Source of the DNA: an uncultured Candidatus Sumerlaeota bacterium
GTDB taxonomy: Bacteria > CAYMEV01
Direction: 5' to 3'
Length of the DNA: 60,465 nt
NCBI GenBank assembly: GCA_964389675.1
Contig: CAYMEV010000021.1
Coordinates: 1-60,465 of the forward strand
Shown here: positions 20,843 to 31,561 of the stretch, piece by piece
Layout of the letters: every line of letters starts with the position of its first letter
Position numbering within the stretch: position 1 is the first letter of the stretch
Program-made: the position numbers and the translations under genes
The notes under the pieces: generated by a model
Seen by the model: the letters and a program-made list of their open reading frames with translations, nothing else
The model's database searches: none
What the model was told of the DNA's origin: nothing

Positions 20843-21673
20843 ATGGGTATAAAAAAGTTTAAACCAACAACAACAAGTCAAAGGTTTAAGAGCATTCTGA
20901 CATTTGACGATATTGATAAAGTCGCCCCTGAAAAATCCCTTACTGTCGGGAAAAACAGGATTTCCGGAAGAAATAATGCCGGGAACATAACTATGAGGCG
21001 CAGGGGAGGCGGGCATAAGAGAAGATACAGAATCATTGATTTTAAAAGAAATAAGAATGACATAGAAGCAAGGGTTAAATCTATAGAATATGACCCGAAC
21101 AGAACTGCAAATATTGCACTCTTAAGCTATGCAGACGGCGAGAAAAGGTATGTCCTTGCATCCAGGGGCCTAAAAAAGGGCGATACCGTTATATCCAGCG
21201 ATAAGGCAGGTATAAAAGAGGGCAATGCAATGCCTTTAAGGAGCATACCTTTAGGTGCTTCTATCTACAACGTTGAAATGAAACCGCTGAAGGGCGGACA
21301 GATCGCACGTTCTGCAGGGACATTCTGCAAGCTGATGTCAAAAGAGAAGAACAAAGCATATGTGAGGCTTCCATCCGGTGAACTCAGGGTATTTGACCTG
21401 AACTGCAAGGCTACAATAGGTGAGGTTGGAAATGAGGACATATCAAAGATTAAATCAGGAAAGGCAGGAAGAACCCGATGGATAGGCAGGAGGCCCAAGG
21501 TAAGGGGCGTTGCAATGAATCCTATAGATCACCCATTGGGGGGCGGCGAAGGCAAGTCCTCAGGCGGAAGGCATCCATGTACTCCATGGGGTAAGCCTAC
21601 AAAGGGCTATAAAACAAGGAAGAAGAACAAGCCTTCAAACAAAGTCATAATAAGAAGAAGAAAACAAAAGTGA
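20843..21673 (+). CDS. rplB: 50S ribosomal protein L2
   Basis: [28 protein letters not shown]. Confidence 0.99.
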   Translation: MGIKKFKPTTTSQRFKSILTFDDIDKVAPEKSLTVGKNRISGRNNAGNITMRRRGGGHKRRYRIIDFKRNKNDIEARVKSIEYDPNRTANIALLSYADGEKRYVLASRGLKKGDTVISSDKAGIKEGNAMPLRSIPLGASIYNVEMKPLKGGQIARSAGTFCKLMSKEKNKAYVRLPSGELRVFDLNCKATIGEVGNEDISKIKSGKAGRTRWIGRRPKVRGVAMNPIDHPLGGGEGKSSGGRHPCTPWGKPTKGYKTRKKNKPSNKVIIRRRKQK

Positions 21674-21694
21674 TGATGAGGAGGAACTAATAAA

Positions 21695-21967
21695 ATGGCG
21701 AGGTCTTTAAAGAAAAATCCTTTTGTCGATGCGCATTTGCTGAAAAAGGCGCTTAAAGGCGAAAAAAAGGGCGTAATTAAAACATGGTCGAGAAGATCAA
21801 CTATAATACCGGACTTTGTTGGGTTAACATTTGCCGTTCATAATGGCAAAAAATTTATACCTGTATATGTTACGGAAAGCATGATTGGACACAAGCTTGG
21901 TGAATTCTCAATTACCAGGACCTTTAAGGGCCATGAAAAGTCTGAAAAAAAAGCAAAGAGAAGGTGA
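21695..21967 (+). CDS. rpsS: 30S ribosomal protein S19
   Basis: [17 protein letters not shown]. Confidence 0.99.
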   Translation: MARSLKKNPFVDAHLLKKALKGEKKGVIKTWSRRSTIIPDFVGLTFAVHNGKKFIPVYVTESMIGHKLGEFSITRTFKGHEKSEKKAKRR

Positions 21968-21973
21968 TAAGAG

Positions 21974-22318
21974 ATGGAATTGAAAGCTGTTGGAAAGCAT
22001 TTGAGGGTATCTCCCTTCAAGTTGAGGCCTATCGTTGACCTGATAAGGGGAAGAAAGGTTGCTGATGCCCTGGTAATCCTGAGGGGTGTTGAAAAGCTTA
22101 ATAAAAAATATGTGGAGATGGTATTGAACTCTGCTATTGCAAACGCTAAAGACCTCACTAATGTCGATGAAATGCAAGATTTATATATAAAAACTGCAGT
22201 AGTAAATGAGGGCCGTTCACTTAAGAGAATAATGCCCAGAGCAAGGGGAAGGGCCAACAGGATAATTAAAAGGTCTTCCCATATTACTATAATATTAGCT
22301 GAAAAAACACAAGGATAG
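21974..22318 (+). CDS. rplV: 50S ribosomal protein L22
   Basis: SAIANA, PRARGRA, SHITI. Confidence 0.99.
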   Translation: MELKAVGKHLRVSPFKLRPIVDLIRGRKVADALVILRGVEKLNKKYVEMVLNSAIANAKDLTNVDEMQDLYIKTAVVNEGRSLKRIMPRARGRANRIIKRSSHITIILAEKTQG

Positions 22319-22329
22319 GAGGAAGGAGA

Positions 22330-23007
22330 TTGGGACAGAAAGTAAATCCTAAGGGTTTTAGATTAGGTATAAACAGGACATGGGATTCAATTTGGTACTC
22401 CACAAAAAGGAATTATTCTGAGTGGCTGGTTGAAGATATTGAAATAAAAAAGTATGTTAATACCAGGATGCAGAATGCTGGTATTTCAAATATTTCCATA
22501 CAAAGACTGGGAGATAAGATCAACCTTTATATCCATGCTGCAAGGCCGGGTGTTATCATTGGCAAGAAAGGCCATGACATAGAGATATTCAAAAAGGACC
22601 TGGAGAACCTGACAAGCAAAAAGGTATTTATATTTATCAAGGAAGTAAAAACTCCTGAACTGGATGCCAGGCTTGTTTCAGAGAAGATCTCAAGCCAGAT
22701 CGCAAAAAGGGTCGGCTACCGCAGGGCCATGAAAAAAGCACTGGGGGATGCAAAAAGATACAATGTAAAGGGGATCAAGCTGATGATAAAGGGAAGGCTT
22801 GATGGAGCTGAGATGGCAAGGCAGGACAGGTATATGTTCGGCAGGGTGCCTTTGCACACACTGAGAGCAGATATCGATTATTCCCTTGCTGTCTGTCATA
22901 CAACCTATGGGTCTATAGGTATCAAGGTCTGGATCTATAAGGGTGATAAATATTCTGTTTATTCAAAAGACAGTGAAGAACAACCAACAAGGAATAAGAG
23001 GAATTAA
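22330..23007 (+). CDS. rpsC: 30S ribosomal protein S3
   Basis: [34 protein letters not shown]. Confidence 0.99.
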   Translation: MGQKVNPKGFRLGINRTWDSIWYSTKRNYSEWLVEDIEIKKYVNTRMQNAGISNISIQRLGDKINLYIHAARPGVIIGKKGHDIEIFKKDLENLTSKKVFIFIKEVKTPELDARLVSEKISSQIAKRVGYRRAMKKALGDAKRYNVKGIKLMIKGRLDGAEMARQDRYMFGRVPLHTLRADIDYSLAVCHTTYGSIGIKVWIYKGDKYSVYSKDSEEQPTRNKRN

Positions 23008-23018
23008 GGAGAAGAGCA

Positions 23019-23438
23019 ATGTTAAGTCCTAACAGGGTAAAATATCGTAAGCCTCAGAAGGGAACAAACAGAGGCACAGCCAAGGGAGGGTATAACCTTG
23101 ATTTTGGCACCTATGGCATTATCGCCATGGAGAATGGCTGGATTACTGACAGGCAGATAGAAGCAGCCCGTATAGCCATGACCAGGAATATTAAAAGGGG
23201 CGGTAAAATCTGGATAAGGATCTTTCCTCATAAGGCCATTACAAAAAAGCCTGCAGAAACCAGGATGGGAAAAGGAAAAGGCTCACCTGAGGGCTGGGTT
23301 GCTGTCATTAAAAAGGGACGCGTACTCTATGAGATGGAAGGAGTATCTGAGGAAAAAGCCAAAGAGGCATTAAGGCTGGCAAGTTTCAAGCTTCCTCTCA
23401 AGACAAAGTTTGTCAAAAAGTGTTATCTGGAAGAGTAA
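23019..23438 (+). CDS. rplP: 50S ribosomal protein L16
   Basis: [16 protein letters not shown]. Confidence 0.99.
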   Translation: MLSPNRVKYRKPQKGTNRGTAKGGYNLDFGTYGIIAMENGWITDRQIEAARIAMTRNIKRGGKIWIRIFPHKAITKKPAETRMGKGKGSPEGWVAVIKKGRVLYEMEGVSEEKAKEALRLASFKLPLKTKFVKKCYLEE

Positions 23439-23453
23439 AGGAGTAATTGAAAT

Positions 23454-23738
23454 ATGAAAGCAAAAGAGCTGTTAGAAAAGACAAATGATGAGCTTATTCA
23501 CCAGCTTAAGGACCTTAAGGATTCTCTATACAGACTGAGAGCTCAGATGACGATATCAAAGGTGGATAATCCAAAGAAGATTAAATATCTGAGAAATGAT
23601 ATTGCAAGGATATTTACGGTTTTGAGATCAAGAGATATCAGGTCCAAGGATATACACTATAAGAAGGATAAAACAATTGGTTACAGTGTTTACAGCCGCG
23701 ATAAAGCATCTCAGGATGAAGAAAAGAAGCCTGAATAA
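23454..23738 (+). CDS. rpmC: 50S ribosomal protein L29 with C-terminal extension
   Basis: MKAKEL...LRNDIARIFTVL core, then about 35 extra residues. Confidence 0.96.
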   Translation: MKAKELLEKTNDELIHQLKDLKDSLYRLRAQMTISKVDNPKKIKYLRNDIARIFTVLRSRDIRSKDIHYKKDKTIGYSVYSRDKASQDEEKKPE

Positions 23739-23760
23739 GAATCAATAACGAGGTGAAGAA

Positions 23761-24063
23761 ATGGGAGAAGGAAAAAAAACCAAAAAAGTTTTGAGTGGTA
23801 CAGTAGTCAGCAATAAAATGGATAAGACAATTGTTGTTGAAGTAAAAAGGAGGTTTTCTCATCCAATATATAAAAGAGTCGTCACATCTTCAAAGAAATA
23901 TAAAGCCCATGACGGCAATAACCAGTGCAATATTGGAGATCAGGTGCGCATTATTGAATCTCGGCCTATCAGCAAGGATAAAAGATGGAGATTGCTTGAG
24001 GTGTTGAGGAATGCGAACATTGAACAGGAAACAGGCAATACAGAAAATATAGATACAGTATAA
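23761..24063 (+). CDS. rpsQ: 30S ribosomal protein S17
   Basis: [22 protein letters not shown]. Confidence 0.99.
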   Translation: MGEGKKTKKVLSGTVVSNKMDKTIVVEVKRRFSHPIYKRVVTSSKKYKAHDGNNQCNIGDQVRIIESRPISKDKRWRLLEVLRNANIEQETGNTENIDTV

Positions 24064-24091
24064 GATCAAACAGAAAACGGAGGCTTGGGAA

Positions 24092-24460
24092 ATGATTCAG
24101 ATGTATTCAATGCTCGATGTAGCAGATAACAGCGGTGCCAAGAAGGCGCAGTGCATAAAGGTCCTGGGCGGATCAAAAAGAAAATATGCACATGTCGGGG
24201 ATTTTATAATAGTTTCTGTAAAGGAGGCAATTCCAAATTCAAACATAAAAAAGGGTACAGTCCATAAGGCTATAATTGTCAGGACAAAACAGAGCATAAA
24301 GAGAAAAGACGGTTCAGTGCTGCGTTTTGATGATAATGCCTGTGTAATGCTCAAAAAGGATGGGGAGCCTAATTTCAACAGGGTATTCGGGCCCGTTGCA
24401 AGAGAATTGAGGGGGAAGAATATCTCCAAGATACTTTCTCTCGCACCGGAAGTCCTGTAA
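24092..24460 (+). CDS. rplN: 50S ribosomal protein L14
   Basis: [22 protein letters not shown]. Confidence 0.99.
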   Translation: MIQMYSMLDVADNSGAKKAQCIKVLGGSKRKYAHVGDFIIVSVKEAIPNSNIKKGTVHKAIIVRTKQSIKRKDGSVLRFDDNACVMLKKDGEPNFNRVFGPVARELRGKNISKILSLAPEVL

Positions 24461-24472
24461 CGGAGGTATGAA

Positions 24473-24817
24473 ATGAAAGATAATTCTATAAAAAAGTGTT
24501 TTATAAAGAAAGAGGATACCGTTTATGTGAATTCAGGAAAAGACAAGGGAAAGGTAGGAAGGGTACTGAAGGTTGATACAGTCAAATACCGAGCTATAGT
24601 GGAGAATGTCAATCTGGTAAAAAAGCATAAAAAGGCGCGTAAACAGGGTGAGCAGGGCGGAATTATGCAGGTAGAATCTCCAATCCATATTTCAAACCTG
24701 AATCTTTTCTGCAGGAAATGCAATACGGGACGAAGATTTGGATATAAGGTTTCCGTTGATGACAGGGGGAAGAAAGTAAAAATTAGATATTGCAAAAAAT
24801 GCAATGAGAATCTTTGA
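24473..24817 (+). CDS. rplX: 50S ribosomal protein L24
   Basis: GKDKGKVG, ESPIHISN, two CxxC. Confidence 0.98.
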   Translation: MKDNSIKKCFIKKEDTVYVNSGKDKGKVGRVLKVDTVKYRAIVENVNLVKKHKKARKQGEQGGIMQVESPIHISNLNLFCRKCNTGRRFGYKVSVDDRGKKVKIRYCKKCNENL

Positions 24818-24843
24818 TTTTTTAGTTAGAGAGGTGGCATCGG

Positions 24844-25383
24844 ATGTCTATATTATATGATATGTATAAAGACGAAATACAGAAGAAGATGATAGAAAAA
24901 TTTGGATATAAGAATATCATGGAAGTCCCGAAGATCGTAAAGGTGTGTGTCAACATGGGGCTTGGAGAGGCAATCCAGAACCAGAAGGTCCTGGAAACAT
25001 CTGTTCAGGAAATATCTGCAATTACAGGGCAAAAGCCTGTAATAACAAAAGCAAAAAAATCTATTGCAGGTTTTAAGCTCAGGGCTGGAATGTCTATTGG
25101 TTGTTTTGTCACTTTAAGAAGGGATCGCATGTATCAGTTCCTTACCAAGCTTATAAATGTTGCACTCCCCAGGGTAAGGGATTTTAAGGGTGTTTCAAAA
25201 AAATCGTTTGACGGCAGGGGGAATTATTCCCTGGGACTGAGGGAGCAGATAATATTTCCGGAAATTGACTATGAGAAAGTAGACAGCTTCAGGGGTATGT
25301 CAATAGCAATAATAACTACCGCAAAAACCGATGAAGAATGCCACTACCTTCTGGAATGCTTCGGGATGCCCTTTAAAAAATAA
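24844..25383 (+). CDS. rplE: 50S ribosomal protein L5
   Basis: [22 protein letters not shown]. Confidence 0.99.
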   Translation: MSILYDMYKDEIQKKMIEKFGYKNIMEVPKIVKVCVNMGLGEAIQNQKVLETSVQEISAITGQKPVITKAKKSIAGFKLRAGMSIGCFVTLRRDRMYQFLTKLINVALPRVRDFKGVSKKSFDGRGNYSLGLREQIIFPEIDYEKVDSFRGMSIAIITTAKTDEECHYLLECFGMPFKK

Positions 25384-25395
25384 AAGTAATAAATA

Positions 25396-25424
25396 TTGAC
25401 AAACAAAGAGCAAGATATTAAATT
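25396..25424 (+). promoter_or_regulatory. Putative internal sigma70 promoter between rplE and the S14 gene
   Basis: TTGACA (25396-25401), 17 bp, TAAATT (25419-25424) in an 82-bp intergenic gap. Confidence 0.5.
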
Positions 25425-25465
25425 ATGAAGCTTTAATAAATTAAGAATTTTATGGAGGATACGAA

Positions 25466-25651
25466 TTGGCAAGGATTTCATTAATAGTAAAATCAAACAG
25501 AAAACAGAAATTTAAGGTGCGGAAGAGGAACAGATGCGCAATTTGCGGAAGGCCTCGCGGATATGAAAGACGCTTTAATATATGCAGGATCTGTTTCAGG
25601 CTTTTAGCAAGCAATGGAGAGATACCAGGCGTCACAAAATCCAGCTGGTAA
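25466..25651 (+). CDS. rpsN: 30S ribosomal protein S14, zinc-binding type
   Basis: [17 protein letters not shown], 61 aa. Confidence 0.98.
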   Translation: MARISLIVKSNRKQKFKVRKRNRCAICGRPRGYERRFNICRICFRLLASNGEIPGVTKSSW

Positions 25652-25679
25652 TACAAAATAAAAGACAGGGAGAAATCAG

Positions 25680-26084
25680 ATGGTTGTTAATGACAGTGTT
25701 GCAGATATGTTAACCAGGATTAGGAACGGCATCAGTGCAAAGCATACTATTGTCGATATGCCTACATCAAGGTTTAAGAAGGAGATAGCTGCACTACTTA
25801 ATAAAGAAGGGTATATTGAAAATTATGATGAAATAGAGAAAGACGGGCTTCCATACAAAATACTCAGGGTATATTTGAAATACAGTGAAAAAGGCAAATC
25901 TGCCATATCAGGTATATCAAGTGTTAGTACTCCCGGCAGGCGCGTCTATGTGAACCATAAGAGAATACCAAAAACTTTGGATGGGTTAGGCATAACAATA
26001 CTGACAACACCAAAGGGCTTGTTTACTGATAAAGAAGCAAGAAGAAATAATCTTGGAGGAGAGGTTATTGCCAGGGTCTGGTAA
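25680..26084 (+). CDS. rpsH: 30S ribosomal protein S8
   Basis: DMLTRIRNG, STPGRRVY, GGEVI. Confidence 0.99.
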   Translation: MVVNDSVADMLTRIRNGISAKHTIVDMPTSRFKKEIAALLNKEGYIENYDEIEKDGLPYKILRVYLKYSEKGKSAISGISSVSTPGRRVYVNHKRIPKTLDGLGITILTTPKGLFTDKEARRNNLGGEVIARVW

Positions 26085-26107
26085 TAATCCCAAAAGGAGG
26101 AATAAAG

Positions 26108-26680
26108 ATGTCAAGGATTGGTAGGCTTCCAATTATTGTTCCAAAAGATGTTAAGGTTGAGTTTTCTGAAAATACGAAGATAATTAGTGTAAACGGTCCT
26201 AACGGGAAGTTATCGCAGAAGCTTCCGGAATATATTGAGATAAATATTAAGGATAATGAAGGAAAAAGGGTAATTGAATTTACAAGGACATCTGAGATAA
26301 AACAGGCGAAAGCAAACCACGGCCTTATAAGGGCACTTACAAACAATATGGTACAGGGTGTCAAAGAAACCTTCAAGAAGGAGCTGCAGCTTGTAGGCAT
26401 TGGCTACAAAGCTGATGTTGCTGAAGGCAGGCTGGAAATGAATCTTGGTTATTCTCACCCTGTTATCATGGAAATACCGGATGGGATCTCAGTAGCAGTT
26501 GAAAAAAGCAAAAAGGATAAGAGGCTTATTCACATATATGTCTCAGGTGCTGATAGACAGCAATTAGGGCAGTTTTGCTCAAATATTAAGAAAAAAAGAA
26601 AGGTTGAGCCATATAAGGGGAAAGGATTGAGGTATTCAGATGAATATGTCATCAGAAAAGCAGGAAAGAAAAAGGTTTAA
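26108..26680 (+). CDS. rplF: 50S ribosomal protein L6
   Basis: MSRIG, LGYSHPV, EPYKGKG. Confidence 0.99.
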   Translation: MSRIGRLPIIVPKDVKVEFSENTKIISVNGPNGKLSQKLPEYIEINIKDNEGKRVIEFTRTSEIKQAKANHGLIRALTNNMVQGVKETFKKELQLVGIGYKADVAEGRLEMNLGYSHPVIMEIPDGISVAVEKSKKDKRLIHIYVSGADRQQLGQFCSNIKKKRKVEPYKGKGLRYSDEYVIRKAGKKKV

Positions 26681-26702
26681 TTAATAAAGCGAGGACTGTG
26701 CA

Positions 26703-27074
26703 ATGATTAAACAATACAAGAGAAACGAAATAAGAAAAGCAAAACATAGAAGGATACTCTACAAAATAAGAGGAACAGCTGAAAAGCCAAGATTATCGAT
26801 CTATAAAAGCAATAATCATACCTATCTTCAGTTAGTGGATGATATTAATAATAAAGTGCTTTTGGCTGTTAATTCCCTTCAGAAGGATGTTAAAGCAAAG
26901 ATCAAGAAACCCGGAACAAAGGAAGGCGACAGGATTTTGGGCGAGATAGCCGCAAAGAAGTTTAGTGAACTGGGTATTAAGGAGATTGTTTTTGACAGAA
27001 GCGGTTACAAATACCATGGAAGAATTAGAGAGATAGCTGAAGGTGCAAGAAGCACCAAGCTTTTAACTTTTTAG
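26703..27074 (+). CDS. rplR: 50S ribosomal protein L18
   Basis: PRLSIYKSN, FDRSGYKYHGRI. Confidence 0.98.
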   Translation: MIKQYKRNEIRKAKHRRILYKIRGTAEKPRLSIYKSNNHTYLQLVDDINNKVLLAVNSLQKDVKAKIKKPGTKEGDRILGEIAAKKFSELGIKEIVFDRSGYKYHGRIREIAEGARSTKLLTF

Positions 27075-27095
27075 GTTTGATAGGAGGATGCGATA

Positions 27096-27632
27096 GTGGC
27101 ATACTTTGATAAAGACATTGGTCAAAGCGAATTCGAGGAAAAGGTTGTACATATCAGAAGAGTTGCTAAGGTTGTAAAAGGTGGCAGGACATTCAGGTTC
27201 TCGGCACTTGTAGTAGTTGGCAACAAAAAAGGAAAGGTTGGCTGGGGTATCGGCAAGGCCGGAGAAGTTCCTGTTGCCATAAGAAAGGCTGTTGAGAATG
27301 CAAAGAAAAGCCTCAGGAATATAAAATTGAAGGGTGAAACCATTCCCCATGCAATAATTGGGAAATACGGTGCTTCAAATGTTGTCCTCAAGCCAGCCGG
27401 CAAGGGTACCGGTGTTATCGCCGGCGGTTCAGCAAGAGCAGTTTTAGAGCTCTGCGGCATCAGGGATATTCTTACCAAATCCCTGGGCTCGAATACGCCT
27501 ATAAACGTTGTAAAAGCCACACTAAACGGATTGACAAGTCTTATTAGTGATGACAGCAGTGAAAAAGCATCTCAGCCCGATCAGGCAGAGGAGCAGCAAG
27601 AAGGGCAGGATCCGGAGATTAACGTAGAATAA
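27096..27632 (+). CDS. rpsE: 30S ribosomal protein S5
   Basis: [29 protein letters not shown]; acidic tail. Confidence 0.99.
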   Translation: MAYFDKDIGQSEFEEKVVHIRRVAKVVKGGRTFRFSALVVVGNKKGKVGWGIGKAGEVPVAIRKAVENAKKSLRNIKLKGETIPHAIIGKYGASNVVLKPAGKGTGVIAGGSARAVLELCGIRDILTKSLGSNTPINVVKATLNGLTSLISDDSSEKASQPDQAEEQQEGQDPEINVE

Positions 27633-27652
27633 TAACATCAAGGAGCTATATA

Positions 27653-27838
27653 ATGGAAAAGCAGGTAGAAATAACTCTCAAAAGGAGTCTTATTGGAAGG
27701 TCAAAAAAAACCAGATCAACAATATATGCGCTTGGTTTAAGAAAAATTAACGGCAAAAAGATAGTCAAGCTTAATGATGCCATACAGGGCATGATAGATA
27801 AAGTCGGCTATATGCTTGAAGTGAAAGAAGTTGAATAA
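27653..27838 (+). CDS. rpmD: 50S ribosomal protein L30
   Basis: ITLKRSLIG, ALGLRK, IQGMIDKV. Confidence 0.97.
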   Translation: MEKQVEITLKRSLIGRSKKTRSTIYALGLRKINGKKIVKLNDAIQGMIDKVGYMLEVKEVE

Positions 27839-27870
27839 TTCATTTGGATAAAAATTAAGGAGTCTGGGTT

Positions 27871-28332
27871 ATGTTAGATAAATTAATCACAAGAGAAGGC
27901 TTAAAGAAAAAAAAGAAGATTATAGGGAGGGGACCCGGTTCCGGCTATGGCTGCAAGTCAGGCAAAGGGAACAAGGGGCAGAAGTGCAGAAGCGGAGCAA
28001 AAATCCCTAAATGGTTTGAGGGCGGGCAGATGCCGCTTCAAAGAAGAGTAATAAAGAGAGGATTTAAGAATATAAACAGGGTAGATTATCAGGTAGTGAA
28101 CCTTGAACAATTGCAGTTTCTGCTGAACAACGGGAAAATAACCTCAGACAGGCTTTTAAAGAGGGAAGATTTCTTTGAATTGAATCTTATTAAGAGATAT
28201 GACCTTCCTATAAAGCTTCTGGGCAAGGGAGAGCTCTCAAAGCCCGTTAAGGTTCAGGTTGACAGGGCCAGTAAATCAGCTAAGGCAAGGATTGAGGAAT
28301 TAGGCGGAACTGTTGAGGAGATCGTAAGTTGA
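27871..28332 (+). CDS. rplO: 50S ribosomal protein L15
   Basis: GRGPGSG, FEGGQMPL. Confidence 0.98.
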   Translation: MLDKLITREGLKKKKKIIGRGPGSGYGCKSGKGNKGQKCRSGAKIPKWFEGGQMPLQRRVIKRGFKNINRVDYQVVNLEQLQFLLNNGKITSDRLLKREDFFELNLIKRYDLPIKLLGKGELSKPVKVQVDRASKSAKARIEELGGTVEEIVS

Positions 28333-29717
28333 TCGGGCAGCTGAAAAATATATTTTCAATAAAAGACCTGAGGTCAAGGATACTGTTCACATTCTTCCTG
28401 CTTGCAATATACCGAATCGGTTCTTTTATCCCCACTCCGGGAATCAACGGGTTTGAGCTTCAAAAGTTCATACAGACCACAGCTTCAAATACTCTTCTTG
28501 GAATGCTGAGCCTTTTCAGCGGGGGTGCTCTTGAAAGGCTTACAATATTTGCCCTCGGAATTATGCCTTATATCAGCGCATCCATTATACTTGAGCTGTT
28601 AACAGTTGTAGTCCCGGCACTTGAAAGGCTAAAAAAGGAAGGCGAGCTCGGAAGAAAGAAGATTACACAGTATACACGCTATCTGACAGTGGGATTAAGC
28701 CTGGTGCAGTCATTCGGAATAGCAGTAGGGCTTGAGAGCATGCAGGGAGGTGCATTCGTTAATAATCCCGGCTGGGGGTTCAGGTTTATGTGTGTGGTAA
28801 CGCTTACAACCGGTACCCTTTTTATTATGTGGCTCGGGGAGCAGATCACTGAAAGAGGTATAGGCAACGGTATAAGCCTTATTATTACAGCCGGAATTGT
28901 TGCAAGGGTCCCTTACGGCATATATGACGGAGCAAGGCAGGTACTTACAGGAAGCACCATGGAGCTTTTTACAATGCTTGTAGTCCTGGTTTTTATTGTT
29001 GGCGTCATTGGTTTTATTGTATTTATGGAACAGGCTCAGAGAAGGATACCTGTTCAGTATGCAAAGAAGGTTCTGGGAAGGAAAGTATACGGGGGGCAAA
29101 GCACTCATCTGCCCCTGAAACTCAATCCCAGCGGTGTTATTCCTGCAATCTTTGCATCATCCATAATAATGGTACCACTTACAATAGAGCAGTTCCTTGC
29201 CCCGGGAAGCTGGCTGTCTAATGCAGTTCAGCATATAAGCCCGGGAAGGCCGTTCCATGACCTTCTTTATGCTATAGCTATCATATTTTTCACCTATTTC
29301 TATACCTCCATTATATTTAATCCTGAAGACGTAGCTGACAATATGAAAAAATACGGTGGCTTTATCCCGGGGAAAAGGCCGGGCAAAAAGACCGCCGACT
29401 ATATAGATAAGATCCTTACCAAGATTACTTTTATCGGAGCTATATACCTGACAGTAGTATGCCTTCTTCCAGGCCTGCTGGTCTATGGTTTCCAGGTGCA
29501 GTACCTTCCATTTGTCGGAGAATGGATATACAATCTTGGAATCCTGCCAAAATTTGTAACTCACGGGCTTGGAGTACCCTTTTATTTTGGCGGTACTTCT
29601 CTTCTGATCGCTGTTGGCGTTACACTTGAGACATCAAGGCAGATCGAGAGCCAGCTTCTTATGAGGCATTATGGCAGTTTCATGAAGACCAAGAAGAAAT
29701 CAAGGCAGGGATTTTAG
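28329..29717 (+). CDS. secY: Preprotein translocase SecY
   Basis: IFALGIMPYISASII, GIGNGISL, FIPGKRPG, GGTSLLI. Confidence 0.99.
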   Translation: MIGQLKNIFSIKDLRSRILFTFFLLAIYRIGSFIPTPGINGFELQKFIQTTASNTLLGMLSLFSGGALERLTIFALGIMPYISASIILELLTVVVPALERLKKEGELGRKKITQYTRYLTVGLSLVQSFGIAVGLESMQGGAFVNNPGWGFRFMCVVTLTTGTLFIMWLGEQITERGIGNGISLIITAGIVARVPYGIYDGARQVLTGSTMELFTMLVVLVFIVGVIGFIVFMEQAQRRIPVQYAKKVLGRKVYGGQSTHLPLKLNPSGVIPAIFASSIIMVPLTIEQFLAPGSWLSNAVQHISPGRPFHDLLYAIAIIFFTYFYTSIIFNPEDVADNMKKYGGFIPGKRPGKKTADYIDKILTKITFIGAIYLTVVCLLPGLLVYGFQVQYLPFVGEWIYNLGILPKFVTHGLGVPFYFGGTSLLIAVGVTLETSRQIESQLLMRHYGSFMKTKKKSRQGF

Positions 29718-29737
29718 CGGAAAATGGGGAATATAGC

Positions 29738-30391
29738 ATGATTATTGTACTTCTGGGACCTCCTGGTGCAGGAAAAGGTACGCAGGCAAAGGCTATTTCA
29801 GAAAAGCATCATTTCAGGCATTTATCAACAGGGGATGCCTTAAGGGAAGAAACCGCAAACAAAACGGCAATCGGCCTGAAAGCAAAGGAATACATGGATA
29901 AGGGCCTGCTTGTTCCGGACAATATTATATTTGATATAATAAGAAAGAACATTGAAAAGCATGATAAAATAATGCTTGACGGTTTTCCCAGGAACATTAG
30001 CCAGGGTATCAGCCTTGATAAGGTTTTAGACGATATCTCCAGGACTATTTCATTTGTATTTTATCTTGAAACAGAAGAGTCGATGATCATCAGAAGGCTG
30101 ACATCAAGGAGGGTCTGCCCTGTATGCGGAAGGATCTATAATACAGTAACATTGCCATCAGGCAGTGGGGACCGCTGTGAGGATGACAATGCACAGCTTA
30201 TTCAGAGAGATGATGATAAACTTGAGGTGGTCAAAAACCGCCTGAATGTATATTACAGTGAGACCCATCCTCTGGTTGAATTTTACAGGGAAAAGGGTAT
30301 TCTTTTTACGCTTGACGGGGGAAAGGATGTCCCGGAGTTATTGAAGGAAATATCAGAAATCATTACAAAAGGGCAGAAAGATGGCAATTGA
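29738..30391 (+). CDS. adk: Adenylate kinase
   Basis: GPPGAGKGTQA, LDGFPR, LID CPVC. Confidence 0.98.
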   Translation: MIIVLLGPPGAGKGTQAKAISEKHHFRHLSTGDALREETANKTAIGLKAKEYMDKGLLVPDNIIFDIIRKNIEKHDKIMLDGFPRNISQGISLDKVLDDISRTISFVFYLETEESMIIRRLTSRRVCPVCGRIYNTVTLPSGSGDRCEDDNAQLIQRDDDKLEVVKNRLNVYYSETHPLVEFYREKGILFTLDGGKDVPELLKEISEIITKGQKDGN

Positions 30392-31130
30392 ACTGAAAGA
30401 TAAAAACGAACTGTTAAGCATGGCGGAAAGCAACAGGATAGTCGCTGTGATCCTTGAGGAACTGCCAGAATTAATAAAACCGGGCATTACAACATCTGAT
30501 ATTGATTCATATGTCGACAGAAGAATTTCCGATTTCGGGGCAAAACCTGCATTCAAAGGCTATAGAGGCTATCCGTCAGCAGCCTGTGTTTCTGTCAATG
30601 AAGAAATAGTGCACGGTATTCCCGGACAGCGTGTACTGAAAGAGGGCGATATAGTATCTGTTGATATTGGTACGCGTTATAAGAACTTCTACGGTGATGG
30701 ATGCTTCACATACTATGTCGGTGATGTTCCGGACAGGGTAAGGACACTTGTAGAAGCGACCAGAGAAGCCTTATACAGGGGCATAGAGCAGTGCAGGAAA
30801 GGGAACAGGCTTGGGCAGGTAAGCAGAGCGATCTATGATGTTGCAGTGAAGAATAATCTTGGCGTGATACGTGCATTTGTAGGGCATGGAATTGGAAGAA
30901 ACCTGCATGAAGATCCTCAGGTGCCCAATTATGTCGGCCCATGGTCTGATTTTGTTCTCGAAAAGGGACTTGTTATAGCTTTGGAGCCTATGTTCACTCT
31001 TGGTGACTACAGGGTTGAGATCCTGAAGGATGGCTGGACTGCCATCACAAAAGACAGAAGCTATGCATCTCATTTCGAGCATACTGTTGCAGTTACTGAC
31101 AGTGAAGCAAAAATTTTAACTTTAGCATAG
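30381..31130 (+). CDS. map: Methionine aminopeptidase type I
   Basis: SVNEEIVHGIP, GHGIG, HEDP, LEPM, HFEHT. Confidence 0.98.
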   Translation: MAIELKDKNELLSMAESNRIVAVILEELPELIKPGITTSDIDSYVDRRISDFGAKPAFKGYRGYPSAACVSVNEEIVHGIPGQRVLKEGDIVSVDIGTRYKNFYGDGCFTYYVGDVPDRVRTLVEATREALYRGIEQCRKGNRLGQVSRAIYDVAVKNNLGVIRAFVGHGIGRNLHEDPQVPNYVGPWSDFVLEKGLVIALEPMFTLGDYRVEILKDGWTAITKDRSYASHFEHTVAVTDSEAKILTLA

Positions 31131-31139
31131 AGGAATTTT

Positions 31140-31358
31140 ATGGCAAAAGAAGAAAATATTGAACTTGTTGGCGTCGTAGTCGAGGTACTGCCTAATACCT
31201 TGTTCAGGGTAAAGCTTGAGGGCGGGCTTATGATTATGGCTCACATCAGCGGGAAAATGCGTATCCATAATATAAGGATACTTCCCCATGATAAGGTCAA
31301 GGTGGTATTATCGCCGTATGAACCAACAAAAGGAAGAATAGTTTATAGATTTCCATAA
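31140..31358 (+). CDS. infA: Translation initiation factor IF-1
   Basis: [24 protein letters not shown]. Confidence 0.98.
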   Translation: MAKEENIELVGVVVEVLPNTLFRVKLEGGLMIMAHISGKMRIHNIRILPHDKVKVVLSPYEPTKGRIVYRFP

Positions 31359-31427
31359 GAATTTTCTTGATTTATATTTTGGAAAATGTTTTAATCTATT
31401 TCCAATTTTTTAGAGGAGTTGATTACA

Positions 31428-31544
31428 ATGAAGGTTAGAACTTCAGTAAAAAAGATTTGTGAGCACTGCAAGATAGTGAAAAGAAGGGGTGTCGTCAGAG
31501 TTATATGCAAAAAGCACCCTAAACACAAACAAAGACAAGGCTAA
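31428..31544 (+). CDS. rpmJ: 50S ribosomal protein L36
   Basis: Not in ORF track; [38 protein letters not shown], 38 aa. Confidence 0.98.
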   Translation: MKVRTSVKKICEHCKIVKRRGVVRVICKKHPKHKQRQG

Positions 31545-31561
31545 TAACAGGAGGTGCTGAT

